Shown here piece by piece: positions 1-8,996 of a stretch of DNA of 41,585 nt. Under the pieces are notes generated by a model. That model was not told the DNA's origin, made no database searches, and saw nothing but the letters and a program-made list of their open reading frames with translations. The position numbers were made by a program, and so were the translations under genes. Origin of the DNA: Spirosoma fluviale (lineage in GTDB: Bacteria > Bacteroidota > Bacteroidia > Cytophagales > Spirosomataceae); assembly GCA_945860325.1 (NCBI GenBank), contig CAMARL010000001.1, forward strand, positions 1-41,585, in the 5' to 3' direction. Positions within the stretch are counted from its first letter, which is position 1. Each line of letters opens with the position of its first letter.

Positions 1-1472
1 GTTCCCGGCAGTGATTCATTATGTAATCGGTCTAGCGACGTGACCGCAAATCCATAACCTGATCGTATCCAACTTTTATCTAAAATTAATTGATTCATTT
101 TACCTTTGAAAATGATATTTTCTGCGTTCTCCAAAGGATCAATTTCGCCTTTTTTGATTCTATAAACAACGTAATAGGCCGGGGGATCTTGATCTTCACT
201 GGGTTCACCCGGTTTCCAGGCCAACAACCACTCGTCGCCTTTTTTCAATAAACTTACTTGGTGCGGAGGGGTAGGAGCGATGCTGTCTTTCCAAAGCATT
301 GCCGGTATTAAAGCTACAGATGAATACTGATTTTGCCTTAAGGTATCCCGCCAACCTTTCACATTTCGGGTGATTAAATTTGAACTGAAATAGATTGATC
401 CTTGCACGTTTGGTAAACTACGAGCGACCTTTAATTGTTTGCTTAATTCGTTCGGGGACCACACATCATTTAAGTGATATACCGCATGACCGATATAAAT
501 AGGCCTGCCATAATTATGGGCGCTCCACCATTTAGCTAGGGGTTCAAAAGCCGCTACTTTGTGACTCGTTTCCCAGTATAATTGGGGTGCCAAATAATCC
601 ACTAAGCCATCTTTCATCCATTTTTCTGTATCCGCAAATAAGTCATCATAGGATTGCAAGCCTCGCCGAGTGGGGGATCCATCTAAAACAGACTCACTCT
701 GATGACGCCAAATTCCAAAAGGACTAATGCCAAATTTCACTTTGGGTTTGGTCGATTTGATCACATCCGAAATATCTTTAATGAGGTTATTTGTATTTCT
801 TCTTCGCCAATCTCCCAGGCTTTCTTCTGGTAATTTATATTTTTCAAAGGCTTCGCGATCATTAATTTCTTCCCCTTTCATGGGGTAAGGGTAGAAATAA
901 TCATCAAAATGAATCCCGTCTACATCATATTGTTCGATGATATTTTTGACCAAATTCACTAAATAAAGACGGACTTCCGGAAGGCCAAAATTAAGGATGA
1001 ATTGTCCATGGTATTTGATAATCCAATCGGGATGTTTTCGGACTACATGATTTGCGTCAAGAAGGGAATTGGTTGATATACTGGCCCTATTTAAATTCAA
1101 CCAAGCATGAAATTCAATTCCGCGGGCATGACTTTCTTCGATCATGAAGGCTAGGGGATCATAGTAAGGGCTAGGTGGCTGACCTTGCAATCCCGATAAA
1201 AAAGTAGACCAGGGTTCCGGACTTTTTGCATATAACGCATCGGCGGCTGTCCTGATTTGAACAAAAACAGCATTGATTCCTGTTTTTTGATGGGAATTCA
1301 GAAGATCGACAAACTCATTTTTTTGCTTAATTCCATTGTAATTTCTGGGGCTGGGCCAATCGATGTTGGAGACCGTAGCGACCCAAACTCCCCTTAATTC
1401 TCTTTTGGGCCCAGCTGGGAAAAGAGTTAAGTGAAAAATAATGATAAAAAGAAATGCGTAGATTAGCCTCAT
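1..1472 (-). CDS. Glycoside hydrolase family 10-like (GHL10, YddW/DigH-type) secreted protein; 3' end runs off the window
   Basis: Not in the ORF track; translated by hand from ATG at 1472: MRLIYAFLFIIIFHLTLFPAGPKRELRGVWVATVSNIDWPS; internal EFHAWLN and VDGIHFDDYFYPY; ends ...FAVTSLDRLHNESLPG at the edge, so probably close to the C-terminus. Confidence 0.9.
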   Translation of the reverse strand, partial: MRLIYAFLFIIIFHLTLFPAGPKRELRGVWVATVSNIDWPSPRNYNGIKQKNEFVDLLNSHQKTGINAVFVQIRTAADALYAKSPEPWSTFLSGLQGQPPSPYYDPLAFMIEESHARGIEFHAWLNLNRASISTNSLLDANHVVRKHPDWIIKYHGQFILNFGLPEVRLYLVNLVKNIIEQYDVDGIHFDDYFYPYPMKGEEINDREAFEKYKLPEESLGDWRRRNTNNLIKDISDVIKSTKPKVKFGISPFGIWRHQSESVLDGSPTRRGLQSYDDLFADTEKWMKDGLVDYLAPQLYWETSHKVAAFEPLAKWWSAHNYGRPIYIGHAVYHLNDVWSPNELSKQLKVARSLPNVQGSIYFSSNLITRNVKGWRDTLRQNQYSSVALIPAMLWKDSIAPTPPHQVSLLKKGDEWLLAWKPGEPSEDQDPPAYYVVYRIKKGEIDPLENAENIIFKGKMNQLILDKSWIRSGYGFAVTSLDRLHNESLPG

Positions 1473-1513
1473 TCAAGGCGCAATTTACCTAATATGACCG
1501 AAAATTTAGAATT

Positions 1514-2218
1514 TTAAATAGAATCGATGGAAAATAAATATCCCACACCCTTGAGTGTTTTGATATAATACTCAGGAATTTTCTCCCTTAATTTTCGAAT
1601 ATGCACATCTACTGTCCGCTCAACCACATATACGTCGGTCCCCCAAACTTTCTCCAAAAGTTCATCCCGATTAAAAACTTTGTTGGGATTTCTAGCTAAA
1701 AACGAAAGTAATTCAAATTCCTTTTTAGGCAACACCAAAAGTCGACCTTGAAAGCTAGCGGAATATTGAGTACGGTTGATAATTAAGTCGCCTATTTGAA
1801 TAATTTCCTGTGCATTTTCTGCAGCTCCACCGCTTTCGCGATTTAACATAGATTTAATCCGGCTTACTAAGGCTCTTGGCTTAATTGGTTTTACCACATA
1901 ATCGGTACCACCTGCCTCAAAAGCAGCTATTTCAGTATATTCTTCTCCACGGGCCGTTAAAAATAAAAGGATGGTTGATTTTAATTCAGGCATCAATTTC
2001 ATTTGACGAGCCGTTTCAATACCATCTAAAATAGGCATCATGACATCCAAAATGACTAAATTAGGTTTGAAGGTTTTCGCTATTTCTAATGCCTGCTGTC
2101 CATTGGCCGCTTTAGCTAAAACATAGTTTTCTTTTGCTAAATTGTATTCCAATAATTCTAGAATATCTGGATCATCGTCAACCAATAAGATTTTAGTATT
2201 TTGTTTTCCTTGACTCAT
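1514..2218 (-). CDS. OmpR/PhoB-family response regulator (PhoP-like)
   Basis: Receiver domain (LVDDD, LDVMMP, YVVKP) plus winged helix (RTVDVHIRKLREK, TLKGVGY). Confidence 0.93.
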   Translation of the reverse strand: MSQGKQNTKILLVDDDPDILELLEYNLAKENYVLAKAANGQQALEIAKTFKPNLVILDVMMPILDGIETARQMKLMPELKSTILLFLTARGEEYTEIAAFEAGGTDYVVKPIKPRALVSRIKSMLNRESGGAAENAQEIIQIGDLIINRTQYSASFQGRLLVLPKKEFELLSFLARNPNKVFNRDELLEKVWGTDVYVVERTVDVHIRKLREKIPEYYIKTLKGVGYLFSIDSI

Positions 2219-2253
2219 GGATAGAACCGATAGCTTATGATGAAATTATGAAG

Positions 2254-2261
2254 CAAATATA
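2254..2261 (-). promoter_or_regulatory. Bacteroidota -7 promoter element for the response regulator
   Basis: TATATTTG on the minus strand matches TAnnTTTG, 35 nt upstream of the ATG. Confidence 0.65.
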
Positions 2262-2271
2262 GACAGCTATA

Positions 2272-2287
2272 TGTTACCAAATTGTTA
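2272..2287. promoter_or_regulatory. Pho-box-like direct repeat (TGTTA-N6-TGTTA), candidate OmpR/PhoB-family site
   Basis: TGTTA at 2272-2276 and 2283-2287, 11-bp period, just upstream of the -7 element. Confidence 0.55.
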
Positions 2288-2324
2288 ATTTTTATCGACA
2301 TTTATACTATCAAATATACAATTT

Positions 2325-3395
2325 ATGTTTAAAGATTCGCCTTATTCTGTCCGATTAGCTTCCGTTTTGATTTCCATTTACTTGGTAATGCTGGGCTTGT
2401 ATTATTTACAGGATTTGTTGATTCTAATTGCATTTGCTCTCATTCTCGCCATGGTTCTGCTCCCACTTTGTCGTGGCCTTGAGAACAAAGGCTTCCCTAG
2501 ATCTGCTGCGATCTCCATTTGTCTACTTTTTTCTGTGGCAATTATTGTGGGTTTAATTTCATTATTAGCCTTTCAAATCATCGAATTTTCAAATGATTGG
2601 CCAATTTTTATTAAAAAAGCAGAAAAATGGATTTCTGGTTTGCAAACTTTTCTTTCAAGAAACTTAAATATTTCAAGGAAAAAGCAAATGCTAGAGCTTA
2701 GTAATCAAACCATTGGATTATTGAAAAACTCAGGAAGTATTTTGACTGCCACCTTTTCAACAATCGTCCATTCGCTTACTATTCTAATTTTGATTCCCAT
2801 CTTTATGTTTTTTATGCTGTTTTACAGAAGCTTCTTTTTTACTTTTTTGGCGATGGTTTTCCCAACAACTGAAAAAGATACGTTGAGAGGTATCATGGGT
2901 AAAACAGGTTCAGTCGTTCAGGGATATTTAGTGGGATTACTTTTTGTCATGTTTACGGTGGCAGGGGCTAATAGTATAGGTTTTTGGTGGATAGGCGTAG
3001 ATTATCCTATTTTCTTTGGAATAACGACGGGTTTATTGCTTTTGATTCCATACATCGGAATTTGGATAGGGGCGAGTTTGCCCATCTTGCTATCTTTAGC
3101 TACGTTAAGCCCTTCGCATGCCTTAGCTATTATCGCATGGATTGCTACGGTCCAATTTATCGAGGCCAATTTTATAACTCCTTTGGTCATTGGTTCCAAA
3201 GTCAGCATTAATCCCTTAGTGGCTATGTTGGCTCTTTTGGGAGGCGAAATGCTTTGGGGAATCCCTGGGTTGATTTTAGCTTTGCCTTTTACAGCGATCA
3301 TCAAAGTGATTTTTGATCATGTGCCCACCTTACAGCCTTATGGTTTTATCTTAGGCGAGGCACCCAAACGTGTTAAAGAGACAGAAGCTCCTTAA
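2325..3395 (+). CDS. AI-2E family (PerM/TqsA-like) membrane transporter
   Basis: 356 aa multi-TM; IPYIG, QFIEANFITPLVIG, INPLV, LWGIPGLILALP motifs. Confidence 0.92.
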   Translation: MFKDSPYSVRLASVLISIYLVMLGLYYLQDLLILIAFALILAMVLLPLCRGLENKGFPRSAAISICLLFSVAIIVGLISLLAFQIIEFSNDWPIFIKKAEKWISGLQTFLSRNLNISRKKQMLELSNQTIGLLKNSGSILTATFSTIVHSLTILILIPIFMFFMLFYRSFFFTFLAMVFPTTEKDTLRGIMGKTGSVVQGYLVGLLFVMFTVAGANSIGFWWIGVDYPIFFGITTGLLLLIPYIGIWIGASLPILLSLATLSPSHALAIIAWIATVQFIEANFITPLVIGSKVSINPLVAMLALLGGEMLWGIPGLILALPFTAIIKVIFDHVPTLQPYGFILGEAPKRVKETEAP

Positions 3396-4116
3396 ACCGG
3401 ATGGATTGTCGGCGAGAAATTTCTATTTTTTCTCCTTTGCCAACCAGCGTAACCTGCAATCCACCGGAAAACCAGGGTTCAATTTTTTCGATGTAGTTTA
3501 AGTTGATGATGTGCTTGCGATTCGCCCTAAAAAATACTTTGGGATCCAATCGGTCTTCCAGGGCATTTAATGATTTAAGGACTAAAGGTTTTTGGTCGTC
3601 AAAAAATAAACGCACATAATTTCCCATCGATTCACAAAGGCGTACTCGGTCCAGTCGAACAAACCAACATTTTTCACCGTCTTTGACAAATATCTGATCA
3701 TTGGCACCTAAAAGGTGTTGGCTTCTATCTTGGCCCTGCGTGGCTGTTTTATGCTGGGTAGCATGGAATCTATTTTCTAATTTTTGAATGCTGTCCGAGA
3801 GCCGAGTTAACTCGATTGGTTTTAAAACATAATCTAAGGCATTAACTTCAAATGCTTTGAGGGCAAATTCGTCAAAAGCCGTAGTGAAAATAATTTCTGG
3901 TAAATATCCCTCCCATTCCTCTAGCCACTCAAATCCAGTTTTACCCGGCATCTGAATATCCAAAAAAAGCACATCAGGTTTTAATTCTTCCACGAGTGGC
4001 CCGGCCTCTTCCGTATTGGAAGCTTCTGCAATGACTTCGATGGTTGGAAAATTTTCCAATAATCTTTTCAGTTCGTTTCGGGCTAGACGTTCATCGTCAA
4101 CTATAATTGCTTTCAT
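3373..4116 (-). CDS. LytTR-family DNA-binding response regulator
   Basis: VDDE, FLDIQMPG, FTTAFDEFALKAFEVNALDYVLKP; LytTR domain FFRANRKHIINL and ISRR. Confidence 0.95.
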   Translation of the reverse strand: MKAIIVDDERLARNELKRLLENFPTIEVIAEASNTEEAGPLVEELKPDVLFLDIQMPGKTGFEWLEEWEGYLPEIIFTTAFDEFALKAFEVNALDYVLKPIELTRLSDSIQKLENRFHATQHKTATQGQDRSQHLLGANDQIFVKDGEKCWFVRLDRVRLCESMGNYVRLFFDDQKPLVLKSLNALEDRLDPKVFFRANRKHIINLNYIEKIEPWFSGGLQVTLVGKGEKIEISRRQSIRFKELLSL

Positions 4117-4127
4117 GGTTAGTGTAT

Positions 4128-5171
4128 TTAATTCTCAAGATAGGGTAAATTCACTTCGGCAATCACATGATTTTTGTCCAAAGGTCCAAGACTAATTTGA
4201 GCGGTTTCTCCAAACAATATTTGTAGTCGATTTTTTGAATTAATGAGTCCGACGCCCTGTTCTTTGGATAAAACTGGACTCTTATAATGTCCAGGATTGA
4301 CGACCTTGATAGACAAAATTCCTTCCTTATTTTTTGCGTCAATCGTGATGGTCCCTCCTGTAATTTTTTTAGAAATACCATGTTTAATTGCATTCTCAAT
4401 TAGCGTTTGTAATAGCATGGGGGGAATTTGTGCTTTATGACAATTTTTGTCTGCCGTAATTTCCCAAGCTAATCGGTCTTCATACCTGATTTTTTCTAAA
4501 GATAAATAATCGGTGACCGTGTCTAACTCTTCCGAAAGAGAGATTGTTTTTTTACGCTCAGTAAGTAAGGAACTTCGAAGTAATTTTGACAACTGATTGA
4601 TGCCTTTTTTAGCTTTTTGAGGATCCTCAGTGATGAGCGCCCGAACACTATTAAGTGCGTTAAATACGAAATGAGGATTCATTTGTGCTCTTAAAACTTT
4701 GCTTTCTGTTTCTAAAATGGTTCTTTCTAATTGGTCATTTTCTCTTTCCATTTCTAATTTTTTGTTGGAATATTGAAAAAAGAAATAGATCAATTGCCAA
4801 ATGGCGAGCGGTTTGGCAAAATTTAAAAATATCTGCAATATGATGAATGGACTTAATTCAATAGCATAGTTCTCCGATAGAAAAATATAATCCAATGGGA
4901 TATTGAGTCCAACAAGACAAGCAGACATCAAGATGAGTGCGACCAAATTCACCTGGATTAAGGTAAATGAAGGTAGGTCCTGCCAACGGTATTTATGCGA
5001 AATTTGCCGATAAACGTGTGTCAGAAATACGGCTAATGAGATATTGACAAAAGATGAAAAAATCCACTCCCATTTCCAGCCATATTGATTCGTGTACAAT
5101 AATGCTTCGTTTAACGCCCAAATGAACCATCCAGATAATTGAAATTTCCAATACAAATGGCTTCGGTTCAT
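4128..5171 (-). CDS. LytS-family sensor histidine kinase
   Basis: N-terminal TM helices; H-box AQMNPHFVFNALN; PPMLLQTLIENAIKHG; GVGL; adjacent to the LytTR gene. Confidence 0.93.
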   Translation of the reverse strand: MNRSHLYWKFQLSGWFIWALNEALLYTNQYGWKWEWIFSSFVNISLAVFLTHVYRQISHKYRWQDLPSFTLIQVNLVALILMSACLVGLNIPLDYIFLSENYAIELSPFIILQIFLNFAKPLAIWQLIYFFFQYSNKKLEMERENDQLERTILETESKVLRAQMNPHFVFNALNSVRALITEDPQKAKKGINQLSKLLRSSLLTERKKTISLSEELDTVTDYLSLEKIRYEDRLAWEITADKNCHKAQIPPMLLQTLIENAIKHGISKKITGGTITIDAKNKEGILSIKVVNPGHYKSPVLSKEQGVGLINSKNRLQILFGETAQISLGPLDKNHVIAEVNLPYLEN

Positions 5172-5182
5172 GCGTATAGAAT

Positions 5183-5824
5183 TTAGATGGAATCTGGTAA
5201 AGTTTGTAAATGATCCGCATGATTTGCTTTTAAGGAAATGAATTGTCCTTTTTCATAATCATATTGCAGGTGATATAAGCATAAGTTTTGATGGGCAAAA
5301 TGGTCCATATTTTGCAAGGGCTGATTGAAAAGATGCGTTAATAATACGCGCATTGCTCTTCCATGCATGGCAATTAAGATAGATTTTTCTTCCCTTCTAG
5401 AAATAATGAGTTCGACAACCGGCTTTTGTCTTTCCAATACGTCGATCGGACTTTCCCCTTCTTCAGACTGAATGTGTACGTCTCCCTTTCTCCACGTTCT
5501 GACTAAATTTCTATAGTAAGCATCGTCCTCATTTGAAGGGGTTCTACCTTCGCGAATTCCCCAAGAAATTTCATTTAATCCTTCGTATTGTTCCCACGGA
5601 AGTCCTTTGTCGATGAATCCTTTCACCGACTGATGAGTTCGGCGTAAAGCGGAGGTGTAAATTTTATCAAGGGCTAAATCTTGATAATGTTCAAAAAATG
5701 CTTGTGCCTGCCTATGGCCTAATTCGTTTAAATCCGCATCAATTCCACTTCCTTGAACCACCCTCATTCGATTATAATCTGTTTCACCATGACGAATAAG
5801 GTAAATGTCTTTTAAAGCATGCAT
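5183..5824 (-). CDS. Histidine phosphatase (phosphoglycerate mutase-like) family protein
   Basis: LIRHGETDYN, SALRRT, LNEISWG, AMHG motifs. Confidence 0.92.
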   Translation of the reverse strand: MHALKDIYLIRHGETDYNRMRVVQGSGIDADLNELGHRQAQAFFEHYQDLALDKIYTSALRRTHQSVKGFIDKGLPWEQYEGLNEISWGIREGRTPSNEDDAYYRNLVRTWRKGDVHIQSEEGESPIDVLERQKPVVELIISRREEKSILIAMHGRAMRVLLTHLFNQPLQNMDHFAHQNLCLYHLQYDYEKGQFISLKANHADHLQTLPDSI

Positions 5825-5877
5825 ATAAATTGGGTCAAAAGGAGTTTAATTCGTTAAATTATTCCGAATTTTACGTG

Positions 5878-5885
5878 CAAAAATA
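5878..5885 (-). promoter_or_regulatory. -7 promoter element for the phosphatase-LytS-LytTR operon
   Basis: TATTTTTG on the minus strand matches TAnnTTTG. Confidence 0.55.
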
Positions 5886-5893
5886 CGAATATT

Positions 5894-6313
5894 ATGTTTA
5901 ATACATCCATCTCATTAGACACACTTAATTCAATGGGACATGGTACCATGATCGATGTGTTGGGAATCGAGTTTATTGACGTGCAACCGGATTTTATCAA
6001 GGCAAAAATGCCAGTGGACTCTCGAACAAAGCAACCCTATGGTTTGTTACACGGGGGAGCTTCCGTAGTTTTAGCTGAGACTTTAGGAAGTATTGCATCA
6101 TCATTGGCCGTGGCTGATCCTACTAAACAACGTGGTGTCGGTGTTGAAATAAATGCCAATCACATGAAATCGGTCAGAGAAGGATTTGTCATAGGTACAT
6201 GTACCGCATTAAAAATAGGTAAAACATTGCATGTATATGATATCAAAATTCATGATGAATCAGGAAATTTAGTTTGTGTAAGCCGATTAACAGTAGCTAT
6301 TTTGTCTTATTAA
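5894..6313 (+). CDS. menI: Hotdog-fold thioesterase, probable 1,4-dihydroxy-2-naphthoyl-CoA hydrolase
   Basis: QPYGLLHGGASVVLAETLGS and GVEINANH (YdiI/MenI type); 1 nt upstream of an isochorismate synthase. Confidence 0.75.
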   Translation: MFNTSISLDTLNSMGHGTMIDVLGIEFIDVQPDFIKAKMPVDSRTKQPYGLLHGGASVVLAETLGSIASSLAVADPTKQRGVGVEINANHMKSVREGFVIGTCTALKIGKTLHVYDIKIHDESGNLVCVSRLTVAILSY

Positions 6314-6314
6314 A

Positions 6315-7451
6315 ATGCCTAAGAATACGAGTATATATCGCCAAGATACTGAATGGAATCAACTTTGGAATGAGGCTCAGCAACTTGATGCGGCCATCGC
6401 TCTTTGGCGCTTACCTAACTCGGAAAAACGGACACTTTTAATTGACACCCAAGGTGGAAATCCAACGGATTCCCTTGATCTCCAGTCTTTTGAGCCAGGA
6501 TTTATGGCGGCTCCATTTGTCGGAAATCCCTATTTTTTAAAGGCTGAGTATTTGTTTGTTTCCGAGGTGCCAACAGTTCATGTATCTGTTAAAGAGGTAT
6601 TTCCTTCTAAGACCGGTTCACCTAAAAAAGAAAATTTTCTGTATTGGGTGAACGCAAGTATTCAAGAAATCAAAGCAGGTAATTTTCAAAAAGTTGTGCT
6701 TTCTAGGACAGAAGAGGAAGCTTTGGGGGCTGATTATTCGACCTTGCATTTTTTTGAATCGCTTTGTCAAGTATATCCTCAAGCATTTGTTTCGGCTTTT
6801 TATGTGCCATCGCTTCAGCAAACTTGGATCTGTGCGACCCCTGAAGTTTTAGTTTCATTAAATTATGAAGGTATATTTAAAACGATTTCTTTAGCTGGTA
6901 CGCAACCCGTGTCAACAAATGATGGGCAGGTTACCATACCTCAAGAAGCCCGCTGGTCACAAAAGGAGATCGAAGAACAGGCTTTTGTTAGTCGGTATAT
7001 TATTGAATGTTTTAAGAAAATCAGGTTGCGTGAATATATTGAAAATGGTCCCAAAACGATTCAAGCTGGTAATTTATTGCACCTGAAAACTGAATATGTG
7101 GTAGATACAAAGGCGCTCAACTTCCCGCAATTGCCGGGGATTATGTTGTCTTTATTGCACCCAACTTCAGCTGTTTGTGGTACTCCTAAAGAAGCGGCAA
7201 TTGACTGGATTAAACAGGCAGAAGCCTATGACCGTGAGTTTTATAGCGGTTATTTGGGCCCCGTGAATTTGAATGATGAGATTTATTTATTTGTCAATTT
7301 GAGGACGGTTAAAATTACGAAGGATACAAATGGGTATTTAGCTACTTATTATGCAGGTTGCGGAATTACAGAAGACTCTGACCCAGAAAAAGAATGGGAA
7401 GAAACGGAAATGAAGTGTCATACACTCCAACGAATTTTATCGATTAATTAA
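6315..7451 (+). CDS. menF: Isochorismate synthase (chorismate-binding protein), menaquinone pathway
   Basis: KVVLSR, ATPE, SLAGT, KEIEEQ, LHPTSAVCGTP, REFYSGYLGP, VNLR, YAGCGITEDSDPEKEWEETEMK. Confidence 0.85.
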   Translation: MPKNTSIYRQDTEWNQLWNEAQQLDAAIALWRLPNSEKRTLLIDTQGGNPTDSLDLQSFEPGFMAAPFVGNPYFLKAEYLFVSEVPTVHVSVKEVFPSKTGSPKKENFLYWVNASIQEIKAGNFQKVVLSRTEEEALGADYSTLHFFESLCQVYPQAFVSAFYVPSLQQTWICATPEVLVSLNYEGIFKTISLAGTQPVSTNDGQVTIPQEARWSQKEIEEQAFVSRYIIECFKKIRLREYIENGPKTIQAGNLLHLKTEYVVDTKALNFPQLPGIMLSLLHPTSAVCGTPKEAAIDWIKQAEAYDREFYSGYLGPVNLNDEIYLFVNLRTVKITKDTNGYLATYYAGCGITEDSDPEKEWEETEMKCHTLQRILSIN

Positions 7452-7455
7452 TAGA

Positions 7456-7478
7456 CCCTACCTATTATTTTGGTAGGG
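7456..7478. terminator. Possible hairpin at the convergent menF / CBS-domain gene junction
   Basis: CCCTACC-N9-GGTAGGG, 7-bp stem spanning the stop codon of the minus-strand gene; U-tracts are weak. Confidence 0.3.
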
Positions 7479-8766
7479 GTTTCCCTGAAATGATGACTTT
7501 CACTGTATCGATACGTGCATCTGTAACCGTCATGATTTGAAACTGAAAGGCGGACAAAGTAATGACTTCATTGACAGCTGGGATATCTTCATATAGATGG
7601 ATTAACATGCCGCCAAGTGTCTCGTAATCGCCCTCAGGAAGATTCCAGTTGTATTTCTCATTTAAATAATCAATTTCATGGCGTCCAGAAAGGATGAAGG
7701 TATGGTCATCCAGTCGCTTTTCGATCCAATCTTCGGTATCATCAAACTCATCTTGAATTTCACCAAAAATTTGTTCCATCACATCCTCCATGCTGACGAG
7801 TCCTGAGGTACTTCCAAATTCATCGACAACAATCGCTAATGATTTTCTTTCTTTTGAAAATTTCAACATTAAATCATTGGCTGGCATGGCCTCGGGGACA
7901 ATGGGAATGGAAGTGAGGATGCTTTGAATATCTTTTGGCTTTTTGAATAAGGCCAACGAGTGACAGTATCCAACCACCTCTTCTAAGGTCTCTTTATAAA
8001 CTAAAACCTTTGAATGGCCACTTTCAATAAATACTTTTTTGAGACCCTCAATACCTTCCTCTATTTCGATGGCCGTAATTTCAGTTCGGGGAATCATACA
8101 ATCTCGCACTTTGACTTGCTTAAACTCCAATGCGTTATGAAAGATTTTCGTATCTACCTCATTTTCTTCTTCCGTGGAAACCTTTCGATTTAAATTTTGC
8201 AAGTAGTGGTTTAGGTCGGTTAAGCCAAAGGCAGGTTTTTCTTCAGAATAGCTTAAACGTAATACCCGAGTGATGAACCATTTCGACAATCCTACCGTCA
8301 GCCAGACTAATGGGAACATCAGCGTATTTATGATCCAAATAGGAATGGCTAAAAATTCTAGTATGGCATCCGGATTGATTAAAAATATACTTTTTGGGGT
8401 AAATTCAGATGTGGTTAATATAATAATGGTCGCGACGATCGATGCGATAAGTCTGGCAATAATTACATTCGTAATCCAAGGTAAATTGGCCAAAATCAGG
8501 TGATGCAAAAACTCTTCCATAAAAATGCCATAGGCCACTAATGAAAGTGTGTTACCGATCAACATGGTTCCAATAAATTGAGATGGGCTTTGATTGAAAT
8601 GAGCAATGATCTTGGCACTTAGGATGTTCTGCTTCGCCTTAAGTTCAAAATAAAGTTTGTTGGACGACACAAAAGCCATTTCCACCCCAGAAAAAAATGC
8701 TGAAAAAACCATGGCTAAGATGATTCCTACGTATTGAGGCGTTTGTATGTCGGCCATTGAATCCAA
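7465..8766 (-). CDS. CNNM (DUF21)-CBS-CorC domain membrane protein (TlyC/GldE-like 'hemolysin family')
   Basis: SAFFSGVEMAFVS, TMLIGN, EFTPK, MIPRTEI, VVDEFGSTSGLVSMEDVMEQIFGEIQDEFD, YETLGG. Confidence 0.92.
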   Translation of the reverse strand: MDSMADIQTPQYVGIILAMVFSAFFSGVEMAFVSSNKLYFELKAKQNILSAKIIAHFNQSPSQFIGTMLIGNTLSLVAYGIFMEEFLHHLILANLPWITNVIIARLIASIVATIIILTTSEFTPKSIFLINPDAILEFLAIPIWIINTLMFPLVWLTVGLSKWFITRVLRLSYSEEKPAFGLTDLNHYLQNLNRKVSTEEENEVDTKIFHNALEFKQVKVRDCMIPRTEITAIEIEEGIEGLKKVFIESGHSKVLVYKETLEEVVGYCHSLALFKKPKDIQSILTSIPIVPEAMPANDLMLKFSKERKSLAIVVDEFGSTSGLVSMEDVMEQIFGEIQDEFDDTEDWIEKRLDDHTFILSGRHEIDYLNEKYNWNLPEGDYETLGGMLIHLYEDIPAVNEVITLSAFQFQIMTVTDARIDTVKVIISGKPLPK

Positions 8767-8767
8767 T

Positions 8768-8995
8768 TTATTTCTTATTTGATTTTTGTGAGTCTTCTTT
8801 TTTCATTCGTTCATTTTTTGAATACTGAAAGTAAAAAAGGCAGGCGACGCAATACATGAGCCAGCCGTAATGATAAAATATTTCAGACCAGAAATGGCCT
8901 TGAATATCTTTCGGTACCGGAGAATTTAAATCGATGATCCAAATAATAAAAAACCCAATCCCGGCCGCTAAACTTAAAATTTCTTTTCTACCCAT
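8768..8995 (-). CDS. Small two-TM hypothetical membrane protein
   Basis: Fills the gap between ccmF and the CBS gene with 1-nt spacers; ATG at 8995 preferred over the track start at 9004; two hydrophobic segments. Confidence 0.7.
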   Translation of the reverse strand: MGRKEILSLAAGIGFFIIWIIDLNSPVPKDIQGHFWSEIFYHYGWLMYCVACLFYFQYSKNERMKKEDSQKSNKK

Positions 8996-8996
8996 A

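Noticed and set aside
36-48. 13-mer CGACGTGACCGCA repeated at 26295-26307
   Set aside because: Both copies are inside unrelated coding regions; 13-mer matches are expected by chance in 41 kb
7465-8766. 'Hemolysin' as a toxin
   Set aside because: The domains are CNNM-CBS-CorC, a cation-homeostasis family; the name is a legacy label
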